From assembly GCA_016209035.1 (NCBI GenBank), contig JACQWX010000005.1:6688-70687 (forward strand): a stretch of 64,000 nucleotides of DNA, written 5' to 3'. The DNA is from Elusimicrobiota bacterium. GTDB lineage: Bacteria > Elusimicrobiota > Elusimicrobia > UBA1565 > UBA9628. Both the position numbers and the translations under genes were made by a program. Position 1 is the first letter of the stretch. Each line of letters starts with the position of its first letter. The notes below the pieces were generated by a model that ran no database searches, was not told the DNA's origin, and was given only the letters and a program-made list of their open reading frames with translations. Below are positions 38,921 through 48,710 of this stretch, in pieces.

Positions 38921-39756
38921 ACGCACCACCTGATGGTCGTCGCCGGCCGCCGACGCCCTTTCTGAGGGCGGCCGGGACCTGGCCCTCCAATATCCTGGAA
39001 GGCCAGGGCCTCCGGCCTCGACCGCGTCGATGGCTGGGCGCGACGGCTTGCGCCGCCGCCGCCGTCTTGTGCGTGGCGGCGGCCGGCTGCACCGGGATGA
39101 GGATGGGCCGGGGGGCGAAGAAGGTCGTCAGCGAGGACTTCGCCGAAGGGCGCGTGGTGGACGTGTCGATCACGGAGAGGATCACCGGGAACCGCGAGAT
39201 GCTCTTCATGTCCATGCCCAGGAAGACCCTCTTCCTCGACGGCTACATCCAGGGCGTCATCACCGACTACCTGGACAATCCGGTGCAGGGCGTGGTGGTC
39301 CGGGCCGTGGCCGTGGGCGAGGGGGCTCAGAAGGAGGAGACCGGGGAGCGGCGGTCGGGCTTCGCCGGCAGCTCCTTCGACCCCGGGGTGAGCGACACCA
39401 ACGGCTTCTACCGCATCCGGTTCAGCCTGCCCATTATCGACGGCGTCGTCGACGTCCGTGGCCGCGTCCTCTACAGCCCGGGCTGGGAGCAGGAGAGGGA
39501 CAACCTGGGCAAGGCCTACGAGCCCCAGCAGAAGCAGAGCCAGTTCCGCGTCTACTACGAGCTCAAGCGCGCCCGCATCACCTTCACCGAGGGCATCCGC
39601 AAGACGGTCGTGGCGCCCGTCACCAGCGGTGCGCCGCCCAAGGCCGCCGCCCTGCCCAGCGCGGGCAAGCCCGCCGTGGAGAAGGCGCCGGGCGCCCCGG
39701 CGGAGGGAGGCGGCGATGAGGACCTCTTCAAAGGTTTCGGGTTCGAGGGTCCCTAA
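38917..39756 (+). CDS. Putative lipoprotein with beta-sandwich domain (start uncertain)
   Basis: AAAGC lipobox; IQGVITD..NPVQGVVV..SDTNGFYRI. Confidence 0.65.
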   Translation: MNAPPDGRRRPPTPFLRAAGTWPSNILEGQGLRPRPRRWLGATACAAAAVLCVAAAGCTGMRMGRGAKKVVSEDFAEGRVVDVSITERITGNREMLFMSMPRKTLFLDGYIQGVITDYLDNPVQGVVVRAVAVGEGAQKEETGERRSGFAGSSFDPGVSDTNGFYRIRFSLPIIDGVVDVRGRVLYSPGWEQERDNLGKAYEPQQKQSQFRVYYELKRARITFTEGIRKTVVAPVTSGAPPKAAALPSAGKPAVEKAPGAPAEGGGDEDLFKGFGFEGP

Positions 39757-39757
39757 T

Positions 39758-39863
39758 GGTGTCAGGCATCAAGTTATCAAGTTGTTGGCCTTGTTCCGGA
39801 GGCTGACATCCGCGCCCATAACTTGATAGACTTGAAGAACTTGATAACTTGATGCCTGACACC
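39758..39863. repeat. REP/REPIN-like 26-bp perfect inverted repeat
   Basis: GGTGTCAGGCATCAAGTTATCAAGTT (39758-39783) / AACTTGATAACTTGATGCCTGACACC (39838-39863). Confidence 0.85.
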
Positions 39864-39872
39864 GGAGGAATT

Positions 39873-40331
39873 GTGAAAGGGATGGCATGCGTGGCGGCGT
39901 TGGCGCTCCTGGCCGGCTGCCAGACCATCGGCGAGGAGCGGCCTGCGGTGGAGCTCGACCAGGAGGCTACCGATGTGGACTTCCAGGTCAAGGAGAGCAA
40001 GGCGCTCTCGCATCTGGCCAAGCTCGAGACGGCCGTCGCGGACTACTACAAGATCGAGCACAAGGTCCCGGCCAAGTTGACCGACCTCATCCCCAAGTAT
40101 CTCGCCGACATCCCAATCGTCGAGATCGTGGGGGCCAGGCACAAGGACACCAGCGCGGTCCAGTACTATCCCGGCGACATCATCCTGGACGGCCGCATCG
40201 ATGGGACCCGGTTGAAGGACTCCGGGAGGTGGGGCTACGCCTACACGGAGAAGCAGGTCATCATCTTCATCGACTGCACCCACCGGAACCCCAAGGGCCT
40301 CCCTTGGTACCAGGCGCGGGGGATCTACTAG
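39873..40331 (+). CDS. Lipoprotein with GspG/pseudopilin-like globular segment
   Basis: GGAGG RBS, LAGC lipobox, LETAVADYY..PAKLTDLIPKYLADIP. Confidence 0.6.
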   Translation: MKGMACVAALALLAGCQTIGEERPAVELDQEATDVDFQVKESKALSHLAKLETAVADYYKIEHKVPAKLTDLIPKYLADIPIVEIVGARHKDTSAVQYYPGDIILDGRIDGTRLKDSGRWGYAYTEKQVIIFIDCTHRNPKGLPWYQARGIY

Positions 40332-41392
40332 TGGGGCGCAAGCTCCGCGTCGCGGTCCTGTTCGGCGGCCGATCCTCCGAGCACGAGGTGTCGCTGGCCT
40401 CGGCCAAGACCGTCATGGGCGGTCTCGACCCGGCGCGCTACGAGGTCAGGCCGATCCGCATCGACCGCGAGGGCCGGTGGCTGCTGGAGGACTCCGGCTC
40501 GAAGACCGCGGGGCTCTTGCCTTTCCGGGGCCTCGAGAGCCGCAGGGGCGACGGGTCTTCGCGGCGCTCTCTCCTGGCTGTGGACGTCGTTTTCCCGGTC
40601 CTTCACGGCCCCATGGGGGAGGACGGCACGGTGCAGGGCCTCCTCGAGGTCGCGAGGATCCCCTACGTGGGCTGCGGCGTGCTGGCCTCGGCGGTCGGGA
40701 TGGACAAGGACGTCGCCAAGAGGCTGGCCCTGCAGGCGGGCGTCCCGGTCCTGCCGCACATCCTTTTGCGCTCGCCCGGGGAACTGTCTGGCAAGAGGGC
40801 TCTTTTGCGGGGAATGAAGGTCCCGGTCTTCGTCAAGCCCGGGTGCCTGGGCTCCTCGGTGGGGGTGCGCAAGGTCAAAGATTTCTCCGAGCTCGGCGCC
40901 GCGGTCCGCTACGCCTTCCGCTTCGACACCAAGGTCATCGTGGAGCAGGGCGTCGACGGCCAGGAGATCTGCTGCGCGGTCCTGGGCAAGCCCGGGGACC
41001 TGGAGACCTCGGTCTGCGGCGAGGTCGTGGTCACCGGCGGTCACGAGTTCTTCGACTACTCCGCCAAGTACACGGACAAGGCGGGCCACGAACTGCTCAT
41101 CCCGGCGAGGCTCGCGCACGAGGAATCCCGCTTCATCCGCGGCCTCTCCGAGCGCGTCTTCGAGGCGTTCGACGGCAACGGCATGGCCCGGGTGGATTTT
41201 TTCATGGACCGCCGCTCGCGGCGGGCCTTCTTCGGCGAGATCAATACGATCCCGGGCTTCACGGACCAGAGCCTCTACCCCGCGCTCTTCCAGGAGTCCG
41301 GGCTCACCATCCCGAAGATCCTCGACCGCCTGATCGCGCTCGCCCTCGAGCGCAGCCGCCGGCGAGGGGCCTTGAGAACCTCGCGGCGCTAA
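40331..41392 (+). CDS. ddl: D-alanine--D-alanine ligase
   Basis: FGGRSSEHEVS, LHGPMGEDGTVQG, GSSVG, FDYSAKY, EINTIPGFT..SLYP. Confidence 0.95.
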   Translation: MGRKLRVAVLFGGRSSEHEVSLASAKTVMGGLDPARYEVRPIRIDREGRWLLEDSGSKTAGLLPFRGLESRRGDGSSRRSLLAVDVVFPVLHGPMGEDGTVQGLLEVARIPYVGCGVLASAVGMDKDVAKRLALQAGVPVLPHILLRSPGELSGKRALLRGMKVPVFVKPGCLGSSVGVRKVKDFSELGAAVRYAFRFDTKVIVEQGVDGQEICCAVLGKPGDLETSVCGEVVVTGGHEFFDYSAKYTDKAGHELLIPARLAHEESRFIRGLSERVFEAFDGNGMARVDFFMDRRSRRAFFGEINTIPGFTDQSLYPALFQESGLTIPKILDRLIALALERSRRRGALRTSRR

Positions 41393-41651
41393 GGGCTCGT
41401 TAAGAATTAAGTGACACACTTCGCCGAGGGCGATTTTGGCGCGAGCCGAGGAGTGAGGAGCATAGCTGGCTATGTGAGCGACGAACGACGAAGGCGCAGC
41501 CCAAAAGCGCCCCGGGCCTTCGGGGAGACCCGCTGTCGGCCGATTTCGTCGTTGCTCCTCGGTCCCATGGCTCGCCATGCTCCCTCGTCGCGCCTAGAAA
41601 TCGTCTCGACATCGGGTCTCCGAAGTGTGTCACTTAATTCTTAACGAGCCC
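41393..41651. mobile_element. MITE-like element A (259 bp)
   Basis: 31-bp perfect TIR GGGCTCGTTAAGAATTAAGTGACACACTTCG; TAA on both sides (left TAA = ddl stop). Confidence 0.85.
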
Positions 41652-41657
41652 TAAGGT

Positions 41658-42965
41658 TCAGCGCTTCCTTCTAATCAGCAGGCGGACGGTGTCCGCGCCG
41701 ACATCCTCCACCTTGGCGTCCCACTGGCCGTCGATAGGGAACTCAAGGCCGGCGGCGTAGACGCCCTTGCGGACCAGGGTCCCGTCGGGGTCGAAGCGGA
41801 CCTGGACCGGCGGGATCCTCCTGAGCTCGATGGAAACCAGGCCGGGCCCCGAGGGCTGCGCGATGAACCGGTAGTTCGGCGTGGTGAAGAGGGCCCAGAG
41901 GAGCTTCCTGCCGCCGAGGCGGATGGTGAACGGGAAGTTGTCCGGGTCGGCCAGGGTCTCCATGGGCAGGGGCTCGAGGTGCTTGGAAGAGGTCCACTTG
42001 ATCGCTATCTTGGAGTAGGCGCCCCTGACGGAGGTCGTAGACGGGCCGACCTGCCAGCCCGATGCCGTCTTCGAGGAGGTGGCCATGAGCATGGTCCGTC
42101 CGACGGGCTCGCGCTCGAGGAACGGGACGAGGGGGGAGAGGATGAGGCCCACGGTCTTGAGAGGCGCCAGGTAGAGCTTGCCCACCTTCTCCAAGTTGCG
42201 CTCCCAGTTCCTCCTGCCCTCCTTGTCGCTCAGGATGAGGAGGACGTCCTCGGCCTCCTGGAGCTCGGGCTTGAGGTCCAGGGCCTGCTTGCGGAGGGTC
42301 TCGACCTCGTCGGCGGGCAGGCCTTTGGCCGCGAGCGCCAGGGCCAGGAGGCGCCTAGCCTCGGCGTAGTCGGGGTCGATCCCCAGGGCCTTCCTGAGGG
42401 ATGCGACCGCGTCATCGAAGCGCCCCTGGTCGTAGCGGACGGCGCCGATCTCGAAGTGCGCCTCCGCGTAGGCGGCGCTCAAGTCCGCGGCCGTCTGGAA
42501 CTGCCTGAGGGCGGCGTCGGTCCGGCCGGCGTGCAGGAGCATGAGCCCGTAGTTGAGATGGATGTGGGGGTCGCTCTTCCTGCTCTTGGCCGCGGCCCTG
42601 CGCAAGGCCGCCAGCTCCGCGGGGTCTCCCGGGGGAGTGAGGGTCCGCAGGTAGTACCAGGTCTGGGGGAAGGACCGGTCGAGCTTGGCGGAAAGATTCA
42701 ACTCGGCCAAGGCCTGCCGCGTCTCGCCTGCGTGGGCCAGGCACAGGCCCAGCGCGTAGCGCAGGAGCGCGTGGTTCGGCGTCTTCTTCAGCTCGGCCCT
42801 GAGGGGCTCGATGGCGCGTTCGAGCTGGTCCTCCTTGAGGAGGTTCCACGCGACGTCCACGGCGGACGGCTGGGCCTGGGCCTGCGGCCCAGGCCCAGGG
42901 GCCGCAGGCCAGGCTGCCCAGGCGGAGGCCGACACGACCGAAATGACTAGGAAGGTTCTCTTCAT
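41658..42965 (-). CDS. Secreted TPR protein
   Basis: Signal peptide; multiple TPRs (YAEAHFEIG..ALGIDPDYAEA). Confidence 0.8.
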   Translation of the reverse strand: MKRTFLVISVVSASAWAAWPAAPGPGPQAQAQPSAVDVAWNLLKEDQLERAIEPLRAELKKTPNHALLRYALGLCLAHAGETRQALAELNLSAKLDRSFPQTWYYLRTLTPPGDPAELAALRRAAAKSRKSDPHIHLNYGLMLLHAGRTDAALRQFQTAADLSAAYAEAHFEIGAVRYDQGRFDDAVASLRKALGIDPDYAEARRLLALALAAKGLPADEVETLRKQALDLKPELQEAEDVLLILSDKEGRRNWERNLEKVGKLYLAPLKTVGLILSPLVPFLEREPVGRTMLMATSSKTASGWQVGPSTTSVRGAYSKIAIKWTSSKHLEPLPMETLADPDNFPFTIRLGGRKLLWALFTTPNYRFIAQPSGPGLVSIELRRIPPVQVRFDPDGTLVRKGVYAAGLEFPIDGQWDAKVEDVGADTVRLLIRRKR

Positions 42966-44902
42966 CTGCGCCTCTTGAAAAGGCCCTCGATCAGCTTCTT
43001 GGCGGGCTCGACCGCCTTGCCGATGGGCTGGGACACGATGGTCGAGGCCTTGATGCGGGTCTTGGGCTGGTCGAAGGTGCCGGTCACGTCGATGCCGATG
43101 GGGGCGAGCCTGCCCACCTGGGACATGACCGTGATCGCGAGCGTAGACCGGGGCAGGTTCGCCGAGCCGGTGGCCGTGACGTTGGCGACCGAGCTCTTCA
43201 TGCCGCAGCTGCGCAGGGTCATCACGCCCCGCTCGAAGACGTAGTCGCCGATGATCTCGGAGAAGGTCACGGTGTTGAACTCGGGCATGATCTTGTTGAG
43301 CATCGGGATCTTCCCGATCTTCTGCAGCACGATGAAAGGCAGGGCGAGGACCTTGAGGACCTTGGACCGGGCCGCCAGGGAATCAAGAGCGCTGAAGTGG
43401 CCGTCCGCGACCTTCATGGTGGCGTAGCCGGCCAGGCGGTCGAGCTCCGGCGTGATGCCCTTGAGGTCCCAATCCAGCTTGATGTCCTTGGCTTTGGCGA
43501 ACTGGTGGCGGACCTCGCCGACGGTGATGCGGCCGCTCGTGCTCATCGCAGGGGTGGGCGGGCCGCCGGGGGCCTTAGGTCCGGCTTCGGGGTGCGCGGC
43601 GGCCGGCGTCTGGGCGGGCGCCTTGGCGGCCGAGGGCTTGCCCGGAGGGGGCGCCACCGTCGTCGCTTCGTTGGCGGCGAGGAGCTTCTCAAGGTCGACG
43701 GATGTGAGATCGGCCTCCAGCCGGATGTCGGGTGAGGCGGCGTAGTCCTTCACTTTGAGCAAGCCCGTGAGCTTGCCCCCCAAGAGCGCTCCCTCGATCC
43801 GGGTCAGCGAGGCCTGCTTGGGGTTCAGGGAGACCTTCATCGAGAGGTCCGCCTTGAGGCCCGCGGCCTCGAGGCTCAGGCTGTGGAGGTCCGCCGACGC
43901 GATCCCCTCCGCGATCCGCGAGACATCGAGCCTGGTCAAGAGCTTGGCCAGGCCTCGGGCTCGCCTGGACCCGGACTTCCCGTCGAACTCCATGGACCCG
44001 GCGGCCTCGAAGGGTTCGTCGAGCTTCGCTTCGTCGATGGTCGCGCGCAGGCCCGACACCTTGGCGTCCAGGCCCGCGGAAGGGTCCGTGACGCTCATGG
44101 AGAGCTCGGTCTTCAAGCCGGAGACGCCCACCGGGATGGCGCCGGCCGCGGCCCTCTTCATCCTCGACAGGTCGAATCTGGCCCCGGCGGACGCGTCGAC
44201 CGCGAGGCGCTTGGCCCCGGCGCGGCCGTTGAGCTGAAACGAGAGTCTCGCCCCGAACGGCCGCTCAAGGCTGACGCCGTCGGCCGAGACCTGGAGGCCC
44301 GAGACGGTCATCTCGATCCCCGCGCCGGGGTCGGCGTACAAGAGCTTGCCGTCGCTGATCCGCGCTCGCTTGACGTCCAGGACGAACGGCAGGTCCAGGG
44401 GCGAGGCCGGGGGGGGCTGGGCGGTCTTGGAAGGCTCGGGAGCGGAGGGCTCAGGCCCCCTCGATGCTCGCCTCCCCGTGGGGGAGGCTCGCGAAAAAAG
44501 GTCCGAGAAATTGAAGGAGCCGTCCTTGGCCTTGACGATCCTCGCCGAGGGTCCGGCCACCACGACGCGGTCGATGATGACGCGTTTGGACAGGAGCGGC
44601 ATGAGCTGGATCCTGAAGTCGAAGGAATCGACGCTGACGAAGGCGCCGGCCTTGAAATCGGGCTTCTCCGAGACCTCGACACCCTCGACGCGCAGGCCCT
44701 GCAGGAGACCCGCGGAGGCGTTCTTGATCCTGACCTCGCGGCCGAGGAACTTGCCGGCCTCCTGGGCGATGAGGCTCTTGATCTTCTCGGGCGGGAGCAG
44801 CATCTTGAGCGCTAACGTCGCAGCCGCCAAGGCGGCGATGCAGGCCCCGATGAAGACCGCGACGATCTTGAGGAACCGGTGCGGCTCGGCATCTTGCGCC
44901 AT
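42962..44902 (-). CDS. AsmA-family protein
   Basis: N-term TM, LGREVRI..LMPLLSKRVII..DGSFNFSDL; C-term VTGTFDQP. Confidence 0.82.
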   Translation of the reverse strand: MAQDAEPHRFLKIVAVFIGACIAALAAATLALKMLLPPEKIKSLIAQEAGKFLGREVRIKNASAGLLQGLRVEGVEVSEKPDFKAGAFVSVDSFDFRIQLMPLLSKRVIIDRVVVAGPSARIVKAKDGSFNFSDLFSRASPTGRRASRGPEPSAPEPSKTAQPPPASPLDLPFVLDVKRARISDGKLLYADPGAGIEMTVSGLQVSADGVSLERPFGARLSFQLNGRAGAKRLAVDASAGARFDLSRMKRAAAGAIPVGVSGLKTELSMSVTDPSAGLDAKVSGLRATIDEAKLDEPFEAAGSMEFDGKSGSRRARGLAKLLTRLDVSRIAEGIASADLHSLSLEAAGLKADLSMKVSLNPKQASLTRIEGALLGGKLTGLLKVKDYAASPDIRLEADLTSVDLEKLLAANEATTVAPPPGKPSAAKAPAQTPAAAHPEAGPKAPGGPPTPAMSTSGRITVGEVRHQFAKAKDIKLDWDLKGITPELDRLAGYATMKVADGHFSALDSLAARSKVLKVLALPFIVLQKIGKIPMLNKIMPEFNTVTFSEIIGDYVFERGVMTLRSCGMKSSVANVTATGSANLPRSTLAITVMSQVGRLAPIGIDVTGTFDQPKTRIKASTIVSQPIGKAVEPAKKLIEGLFKRRR

Positions 44903-45117
44903 GCGGAGATTCTAACAAAATGCCCGGAACGATTCATCGGAAGTGGGAGCCGAACCCGGCCGATGACGGCGGCGTCGAACCTCCGGGGCCCGGCGGTCAT
45001 GGGGCCGACGGCGCTTCGATCGTCCTCATGGCGGGGTATCGTAGCATTTGCGCCTAGGTCTTACGGCGGGGATTTCCCCCGCCGGGGCGTCCGGAGGACA
45101 AATGATATAATCCGCAG

Positions 45118-47382
45118 ATGCCCAGGAGGCGGTTCTACCTCTACGCCGCCTTGGCGGCGGTCTGCATCTTGGCCGTGGGCTTGACCCTGAGGAGCCTCCT
45201 GGCGGGCCTGCCGGCCACCCACAGCCTCGACGAGTACACGCCGGCCCTCACCACCCGGATCTTCGACTGGCGCGACGAACTCGTGGCCGAGCTGTCCATC
45301 GAGAAGCGGGCGCTCCTGCCGCTCTCCAAGATCCCGGTGGACCTCCAGAACGCCGTCCTGGCCATCGAGGACGACGCGTTCTTCAAGCATTGGGGGGTCT
45401 CCCCGCGGGGCATCTTCCGCTCGGCGGTCGCGAACTTCTTCGCGGGCCGTTTCGTCCAGGGGGGCTCGACCATCACCCAGCAGCTCTCCAAGCAGATCTT
45501 CCTCACACGGGAGAGGACCATCGCGCGCAAGATCAGGGAGATCCTGCTGGCGGTCCAGATCGAGCGCGAGTTCTCCAAGCAGGAGATCCTCCAGCTCTAC
45601 CTCAACCAGGTCTACTTCGGGGAGGGGGCCTACGGGGTGCAGGCGGCGGCCCGCATCTACTTCGGCAAGGAGGTCGGAGGCTTGAACCTCGCGGAATGCG
45701 CCCTGCTGGCGGGCCTCATCCGGGCCCCGCGCGGGTATTGCCCCTTCAACCACCCGGACCGCGCCCGGCGCCGCCGGGCCGTCGTGCTCGACCGGATGCA
45801 GTCGGAGGGCTTCATCAACGATGGTGAGAAGACCGAGGCCCTCAAGCCCGAGGTCCCGCTCTCGAGGCCCCTGGACATGACCACGCAGGCGCCGTATTTC
45901 GTGGAGCACGTCCGCTCGCGCCTGGAGCGCAAATACGGGACCAACGCGGTCTGGCGGGGAGGCTTGAAGGTCTACACGACCCTCGACCTCAAGATGCAGA
46001 AGATCGCCGAGGAGGTCATGGAGAAGGGGCTCTCCGATTTCGACGAGAAGGCGGCCAAGGACTGGGAAGCCAAGCTCAAGGAGGACGCTGCCGCGGCCGA
46101 AGCCGACGGAGAGGAGGGGGTCGAGGTGTCGACCACGCTTCCCAAGATCCAGGGAGCCTTCATCGCCATCGACGTCAAGACGGGCGCCGTCCGGGCCATG
46201 ATCGGCGGGCGGGACTCCAAGTTCAACCGGGCGGTCCAGGCCTACCGCCAGCCCGGCTCGACCTTCAAGCCCTTCGTCTGGGCCGCGGCCTTGAACGCGG
46301 GCATGACCGGGGCCTCCCTGGTGGAGGACAATCCCCTGGCCTTCTACTTCGACGGCCGGGACTGGCGGCTCCTGGAGGGCGCCACCGACCAGTACTCCAT
46401 CGACCTGGCCACGGCCCCGTTCGCCGAGTCGCCCGACTTCAAGATCTGGGTCCCCAACGATTTCGACGGGAAGTTCCTGGGAGTCATCACCCTGCGCAAG
46501 GCCCTGGCCCTGTCGCGCAACATCGCCTCCATCAACCTCATCAACCAGATCGGGCCGCCCTTGGTCGTGGACATCGCCCACCGGGCTGGGATACGCTCCG
46601 AGCTCGAGCCCGTGCCGGCCCTGGGTCTGGGCGCGTCGGTGGTGAGCCCCCTGGAGATGACGAGCGCTTTCGGCACCTTCGCCAACGGAGGCATCTACGT
46701 CCTGCCCTACACGGCCGTTCGGGTGGAGGACAGCCAGGGAAAGGAGCTCGAGCGCTACGTCCCCACCGAGAGGGAGGCGACGACCCCCCAGCTCGCCTAC
46801 CTGATGACGGACCTCCTGAAGACGGTGGTCACCGGCGGGACGGGCCGCTACGCCCGCTTCCTCGCCGCGAAGCATCCCATGGCGGGCAAGACCGGCACCT
46901 CCAACGACAACCGCGACCTGTGGTTCATCGGCTACACCCCGGAGCTCGTGGCCGGCGCCTGGATGGGCTACGACGACTTCGGCTCCTTGGGCAAGAAGGA
47001 CTGGACCGGCGGCTCGACGGTCGTGCCCTGGTGGACCGCGATCATGGAGCGGGTGCTCCAGGAGTCTCCCAAGAAGGACTTCCCCATCCCGCCCGGGATC
47101 GTCTTCCAGAGCGTGTGCGCGGACACCGGGCTCCTGGCCTTGCCGAGCTGCCCGCGCAAGGTGTCACAGTCCTTCATGGAGAACTCCCAGCCGACGGAGT
47201 ACTGCGCGGCCGACCATTCCAGGCCCTTGGAGCTCGCGCCAGGCGCCGCTTCGGGCGCGGTCCAGCTCCCCCGGCCGACGACCGGGCAGGCCTTGGAGGG
47301 GGAGGAGGGCCTCTACCCCTTGCCCAGCGAGGAGGAGATCCTGGGCCAGCCGGAGACCGAGGACCCGAACTTCATCGAGTAG
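45118..47382 (+). CDS. Class A penicillin-binding protein (PBP1A family)
   Basis: EDDAFFKH, GGSTITQQL, RKIRE; SxxK (STFK), SRN, KTG. Confidence 0.94.
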   Translation: MPRRRFYLYAALAAVCILAVGLTLRSLLAGLPATHSLDEYTPALTTRIFDWRDELVAELSIEKRALLPLSKIPVDLQNAVLAIEDDAFFKHWGVSPRGIFRSAVANFFAGRFVQGGSTITQQLSKQIFLTRERTIARKIREILLAVQIEREFSKQEILQLYLNQVYFGEGAYGVQAAARIYFGKEVGGLNLAECALLAGLIRAPRGYCPFNHPDRARRRRAVVLDRMQSEGFINDGEKTEALKPEVPLSRPLDMTTQAPYFVEHVRSRLERKYGTNAVWRGGLKVYTTLDLKMQKIAEEVMEKGLSDFDEKAAKDWEAKLKEDAAAAEADGEEGVEVSTTLPKIQGAFIAIDVKTGAVRAMIGGRDSKFNRAVQAYRQPGSTFKPFVWAAALNAGMTGASLVEDNPLAFYFDGRDWRLLEGATDQYSIDLATAPFAESPDFKIWVPNDFDGKFLGVITLRKALALSRNIASINLINQIGPPLVVDIAHRAGIRSELEPVPALGLGASVVSPLEMTSAFGTFANGGIYVLPYTAVRVEDSQGKELERYVPTEREATTPQLAYLMTDLLKTVVTGGTGRYARFLAAKHPMAGKTGTSNDNRDLWFIGYTPELVAGAWMGYDDFGSLGKKDWTGGSTVVPWWTAIMERVLQESPKKDFPIPPGIVFQSVCADTGLLALPSCPRKVSQSFMENSQPTEYCAADHSRPLELAPGAASGAVQLPRPTTGQALEGEEGLYPLPSEEEILGQPETEDPNFIE

Positions 47383-47449
47383 CGCCGGCAAATGTTATAA
47401 TCCAGGCGCCAGGCATGCCTGGCGCCTAGGAGCGCCGAGGAGGCTGAAA

Positions 47450-47692
47450 ATGTCGGACACGAAAGAAACCTGCTGCGAGACTTCCAACACGACGGGGTCG
47501 TTCTTCTGGTTGCTGACCGGCGTCACGGTCGGCGCCGCGCTGGCCGTCCTGCTGGCCCCGAAGTCGGGGCGCGAGACCCGCGGGCAGATCGGGGATTGGT
47601 GGCGCGACGCGCGCGACAAGTTCCGTTTCAACCGGTCTCCCGAGGACCTCGACACCCGCAAAGAAGAGCAGGAAGAGCTCGTCGAGGCGTAG
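47450..47692 (+). CDS. YtxH-domain protein
   Basis: GAALAVLLAPKSGRETR. Confidence 0.82.
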   Translation: MSDTKETCCETSNTTGSFFWLLTGVTVGAALAVLLAPKSGRETRGQIGDWWRDARDKFRFNRSPEDLDTRKEEQEELVEA

Positions 47693-47703
47693 AGGACGGA
47701 CTC

Positions 47704-48690
47704 CTAGCGGAAGCGCTTCCTGATCGCCCGGAGCGCGGCCGCGTCCGAGCCCTTGGGCCCCGCCTGCGTCTTGAACGGGCACGCCGGGGACCGGTCGAAG
47801 ATCTCGAACTTTCGGTTGCCCATCATGTAGGCGCCGGGCGGGTCCTCGGAGCGGATGGTGCCCGCCTTGACCAGGTTCTCCCAGGTCGGAGCGGGCCGGA
47901 GCTCTGCGAGCTCGGCGTTGACGACGTCGAGGCTGTCGAGGGGGTCCGTCTGGAGGAGGGCTTCCCTGCGGAACACGTAACCGTAGCGGTACTGCGCGAG
48001 GGCGTAGCGGCCGCTTTCTTTCGAGATGTGGAGGTCGAGCCCCTTCTCCGGCAGCTGCAGGACGATGCCTCGCCTGGCAGGGTCCGGGGTGAAGAACCCA
48101 GCGATCTCGTCCTCCGTGACCTTGCGCCCGGGCTCATACACTCCCGGGTCCACCAGGAGGGCCTTCTTGGCCTTGGGGTCGCGCACCTCTATGAGCGCGT
48201 GGCCAGCCGGGCTGGGGCTCTTCTTCTTCCGTGGTTCGAGTCCGCCGTCGCGGGCGGCCTCCCAATCGAAGGAGCTGACGAAGAGCGTGGGGAGGCCGGG
48301 CGCCGAGGCCTTGAGGAGCTCCTGGAAGACCTTGGCGATCTCCACGCAGCCGTTGTAGTTGCCGGCCGCGAGCACGGCCTTGGCGGACCACTGGCAGCAG
48401 TCGCGCGCTTGGGAGGCGGGGAGGGGACCGGTGGCGAAGCGCAGATTGTCGTGCATGAAGCGCAGGACCTCCAGCACGGCATCCTGACTGCCGGACGGGC
48501 CGGAGGGCAGCCGGGCTTTGAGCCGCGCGACCGCGTAGGAGAAGGCGGCGTCCTCGAGGTGGGGCCTCGCGGAGGCCGGGGCCGAGGCGTACTCGCGCTG
48601 GATGCCTTCGAGCACGCGGACGCCCTCGGCGGCGTGCGCACAGGGCAGGCCGAGCAGGAACGGCAGAAAAAGCAGGAGCGTCATGGTCAT
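47704..48690 (-). CDS. Secreted transglutaminase-like (Cys-His-Asp) protein
   Basis: Signal peptide; GCVEIAKVF, GHALIEV, LLVDP. Confidence 0.6.
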   Translation of the reverse strand: MTMTLLLFLPFLLGLPCAHAAEGVRVLEGIQREYASAPASARPHLEDAAFSYAVARLKARLPSGPSGSQDAVLEVLRFMHDNLRFATGPLPASQARDCCQWSAKAVLAAGNYNGCVEIAKVFQELLKASAPGLPTLFVSSFDWEAARDGGLEPRKKKSPSPAGHALIEVRDPKAKKALLVDPGVYEPGRKVTEDEIAGFFTPDPARRGIVLQLPEKGLDLHISKESGRYALAQYRYGYVFRREALLQTDPLDSLDVVNAELAELRPAPTWENLVKAGTIRSEDPPGAYMMGNRKFEIFDRSPACPFKTQAGPKGSDAAALRAIRKRFR

Positions 48691-48710
48691 GGCCGGGAAT
48701 CTAGCATTTC

